64,000 nt of DNA from a virus. A model generated the notes under the pieces. That model was not told where the DNA came from and searched no databases. It saw nothing but the letters and a program-made list of their open reading frames with translations. Location: positions 96,001-160,000 of the IMG/VR virus record IMGVR_UViG_3300023202_000205; one strand, given 5' to 3'. Position numbers and translations under genes: made by a program. This document shows, one piece after another, positions 61,007 through 64,000 of the stretch (its first letter is position 1; the number at the start of each line of letters is the position of its first letter).

Positions 61007-63367
61007 CTATTCTCTCTGAATGGGATCTAGGGTAATTACGTGATCGAAAAATCCCACAAGGGATTCTTCATGGTCGACCATAATGACTTGTCTACCAGTA
61101 GCTCCGGCTGCCTCCTTCAGCTTCAAAATCAGATTTTGAAGATGCACCACATTGTCCTTATCCAAGTGGTTGGAGGGCTCATCGAGTACGAGTAGGCCTA
61201 CTTGTCGGGCAAACGTATCCGCCATGGCCGAGCGGAACGATGTCGAAGCTATTACCTTTTGTCCACCAGAAAGTCGGGCAGCGGCGAAAGGTGGACTATC
61301 TTCCTTACTAGCAACAAAAGCGAGCTCTTCATCCAAGTGCATGGAGAAGTTCGCCTCCCATATCGACAAGTAGTGTGCTATTCGGCGGTTAAGAACGGCT
61401 GCGTATTCCCTCATCAATAACGAGGGGAGCCCGCTAACGTGGAGGACCTCGCGTGCCCTCTTGCAGATCTTGACCCATTCTGCGTCCACAGACTCGACTG
61501 CTAGCGTATCCGCCATACGCTTTTTCGTCGCAACATATTGTTCCTGTTGTACTTCGAACGAGGTGATCTCCCTATCGAGCTGCTGTCGCGATTGTGTTCG
61601 CGCAAACAAAGTCTCGACTTGTTTCTTCGCCTCCTTGATTTCTGCTTCGTTAGGCATCTCGGCTACTGCCCCGAGTTCCTCACGCGCGTTCCTAGCTGAC
61701 TGAAGCTGTTTCTCCAGCTTCTCTACAATGGCCACTTTGCCTTTGACAGTAGTGTCCTGCTCGGCCATCGCTATACTAGTACGCTCATAACTGGAGACGA
61801 GTTTCTGGAGACGTTCCACTTCCTCTTCGTTGAGTGGATTAGGAACTGATGTCTGGAGCTGCCCTTCCAGCATCTCTTTCCGGTTTTGAAGGCTCTCCAG
61901 GGAGCTGGTGTGGGACGTCAAGGCATCCCGCTGAGAACGAACCTCGTTTAGCCGATTCTGGACCTTTTCCTTGCTTCGCTGAACGGCCTCTATGGCATTT
62001 GAACGACTCTCATCAATTAAATGAGTGAATCGGTCGATTTCTGCCGTCAACCGCTGGCCCTCTTCTTTCCAGCGCTGATTGAGTGAGGCCTTCTGCTTCT
62101 CAAGCTGGTCTAGCTTCTCTTGCGATTCTTTCTGGAACCGCTCAGCCACCTCTTGTCCGCAGGTAGGACACTGGCCACTTTCAAAGATTGCCAGCTGCTC
62201 GGAAGTCTCCGAGATCTGACGCTCCAGGTCTCTGGCCTCTTGTTGGGCCTCCCTTTTAAAGGTCTGGAGCTGCTCGGAGAGCGTGTCCCGCTTTTCATGC
62301 AACTCCTTATCCTCTGGCAGAGAAGGCAGTTCCGACTTTCCTGTTAACTGGAGCTCTCGAGTACGCAGCGTATCTGAGAGCTTCGAGATGGTTTCTTCCA
62401 GCTCGATAGAGTCACCTTCTGGACGCTCTCCCAGCTGGTCTAGTGACGCTTTAACCGTCGCCAGCTGGCTTCTCAGCTCCTCTGTGGCTTGAACGGCCCT
62501 CTTGTCGGCCTCGTGCTGGGCAAGGAGTGATCGTGCGTCCTCAGCAGCGGATTTGACGTCTCCAGCCATCTTACGCAGGGAATCCCTGCGCTCAGTCAGC
62601 TTGTCTAGCTCCTCCACTGCTTCGGTAAGCTCGGTGGCAACCTCCTCGATTCGTTCGTCAGCTTGTCTGATGGCAACGTTGTTCTGAGACTGCTTGTGCA
62701 GGCGGTTCAGCAGATCTTCGTAGGGCTGTAGTTCGGAAATCTCAGCCTCTACCTCGGTCAGTTGCTTGTTCAACTTAGCAAGGCGGTCCTCATTCTCCTC
62801 AATCGACTCCTGGATCATTTTGATCTGCTGATCTAAACCAGGAGTGACGCTGTAACGAGAGGCCTCGTTTCTGAGATGCTTTTCTGCCTCAGAAGCCTGC
62901 TGCAGTCCCACAGTCTCCTGAATCTCGCGGAGACGCTGGGTGTTGGTACTGAACAAGATTGAGTCGATCTTACCCTGCGGTACGAAAACATTGTTGAGCA
63001 AGGCGTCCACCGTGGTGGAGCAGAGCGACTCGATGAACTCAGTGATTTCGGTCTTGCGAGTTAACGTCTCCCCCGGCGTGACCAGTTTCTGGCTATTCCG
63101 CTTTCCAAGCGTTCTCGTAATCGAGTAGGACGAGTCACCGTGCTCGAAATCAACGGTGACCGTCGCAGTGTCTGCTCCCCACATCACGTTATCCACTTTG
63201 GAACCTTCGGCAGCTATTTGGCCAGTAATACCGAAGCGGATCATATCGAGGACCGTAGATTTGCCTGAGCCATTCTTACCCAGGATGCCGCAGATGCCGG
63301 CACAGAACTCCCCTTCAAAACGCTCATGGCAGCCGAAGTTTTCAGCGAAAACGCGCGTGATCAGCAT
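61007..63367 (-). CDS. sbcC: SbcC/Rad50/gp46-like SMC-family ATPase
   Basis: GKNGSGKS, coiled coils, CPTC zinc hook, LSGGQ signature, LDEP, H-loop. Confidence 0.92.
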   Translation of the reverse strand: MLITRVFAENFGCHERFEGEFCAGICGILGKNGSGKSTVLDMIRFGITGQIAAEGSKVDNVMWGADTATVTVDFEHGDSSYSITRTLGKRNSQKLVTPGETLTRKTEITEFIESLCSTTVDALLNNVFVPQGKIDSILFSTNTQRLREIQETVGLQQASEAEKHLRNEASRYSVTPGLDQQIKMIQESIEENEDRLAKLNKQLTEVEAEISELQPYEDLLNRLHKQSQNNVAIRQADERIEEVATELTEAVEELDKLTERRDSLRKMAGDVKSAAEDARSLLAQHEADKRAVQATEELRSQLATVKASLDQLGERPEGDSIELEETISKLSDTLRTRELQLTGKSELPSLPEDKELHEKRDTLSEQLQTFKREAQQEARDLERQISETSEQLAIFESGQCPTCGQEVAERFQKESQEKLDQLEKQKASLNQRWKEEGQRLTAEIDRFTHLIDESRSNAIEAVQRSKEKVQNRLNEVRSQRDALTSHTSSLESLQNRKEMLEGQLQTSVPNPLNEEEVERLQKLVSSYERTSIAMAEQDTTVKGKVAIVEKLEKQLQSARNAREELGAVAEMPNEAEIKEAKKQVETLFARTQSRQQLDREITSFEVQQEQYVATKKRMADTLAVESVDAEWVKICKRAREVLHVSGLPSLLMREYAAVLNRRIAHYLSIWEANFSMHLDEELAFVASKEDSPPFAAARLSGGQKVIASTSFRSAMADTFARQVGLLVLDEPSNHLDKDNVVHLQNLILKLKEAAGATGRQVIMVDHEESLVGFFDHVITLDPIQRE

Positions 63368-63370
63368 GGG

Positions 63371-63631
63371 TTACCCGTTCCGGACGAAGAGGCTCCGGAT
63401 CTTACGGGCCAGCCGGACGACGACGTTGCCCTTGATCTTACGGACGAGCAGGAGGGTCTGCCCATCCTGAACGACCTCGCCGAGCTGCACTTCCCGCCCA
63501 TCGATGCGGGCTTCCTGCCCAGTCGGGTCGAGGCCGGCGGTCCCAAGCACGTCGTTGACGGTGGAATTTTCGGGAACCATATATTCCTCGATTCTCCCAG
63601 GTATACGGCCAGCGCGAACGGTGATTGACAT
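63371..63631 (-). CDS. ubiquitin-like beta-grasp protein Ubl2
   Basis: VPENSTVNDVL...ARIDG...VQDGQTLLLVRKIKG plus an 18-aa tail. Confidence 0.8.
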   Translation of the reverse strand: MSITVRAGRIPGRIEEYMVPENSTVNDVLGTAGLDPTGQEARIDGREVQLGEVVQDGQTLLLVRKIKGNVVVRLARKIRSLFVRNG

Positions 63632-63679
63632 AGTACTATTACTCCTGCCCTAATGGGCTATGGGTGGTGAACAAGTGAT

Positions 63680-64000
63680 TCAGACCAGGGAAGCTTCCCT
63701 GGTCATGGTTGTGGGTGGGTTGGCGTAGAAAATGTTCTCGGTCTCTGGCAGGTCCCCTCCGGCCCGAGACCACTCGAACCAGCGGATAAAGGACCAGACT
63801 GCGAAAGCAGTCACCAAGGCGGCCGTAGGGCCAACTGTGGTACGAGCTCCACACAGAGAGTCGCTGGCTTCCTCGTCCTCGCAAAGCGTACTCTCCCAGA
63901 GGCGTATCTGAGCCGGCATGGTTGGCTGTACTGCGTAGACCCTCCCCTCGTCTCGACCCATACGGGTCTCGATCATTAAGGAGATCCCTGGCTTGTACTT
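63680..64000 (-). CDS. second ThiF/E1-like enzyme (C-terminal part, 5' truncated by window)
   Basis: IETRMG...GRVY...WESTL...SLCGA...VGPTAALVTAFAV matches the E1 C-terminal pattern of 56222-56884. Confidence 0.75.
   Translation of the reverse strand, partial: KYKPGISLMIETRMGRDEGRVYAVQPTMPAQIRLWESTLCEDEEASDSLCGARTTVGPTAALVTAFAVWSFIRWFEWSRAGGDLPETENIFYANPPTTMTREASLV

Noticed and set aside
61593-61608. GTGTTCGCGCAAACAA as another operator box
   Set aside because: Two mismatches and deep inside the sbcC coding sequence
1-64000. cas genes or a Nop-domain (TIGR-Tas) protein
   Set aside because: No ORF shows recognisable Cas1/2/3/6/7, RuvC-type effector or Nop motifs; remote homologues among hypotheticals cannot be excluded without HMM or structure search

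Overview
A 64-kb segment of what is most likely a large (jumbo-type) tailed dsDNA phage. Almost all genes are on the minus strand, and I see no evidence of stop-codon recoding. The left part holds seven tRNA genes, a lipase, Cys-rich paralogues and many small hypothetical genes. It also carries a 5-repeat CRISPR array with no cas gene in the window, four solitary copies of the same repeat placed just upstream of genes, a recurring 16-bp palindromic operator-like box, a DUF6745-like gene with about 67 combinatorial 8-aa repeats, and a 700-bp non-coding region with periodic repeats and large hairpins. The right part is a replication/recombination module: RuvA, FkbM, RuvB, RusA-like, RecA-like, putative SSB, UDG-fused family A polymerase, primase, DnaB-like and SF2 helicases, SbcC. 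Interleaved with it is a complete prokaryotic ubiquitin-like system (two E1/ThiF, two Ubl, E2 and JAB). A PVC-superphylum host is suggested by inference only. All family assignments come from motif recognition by eye; no database searches were run.
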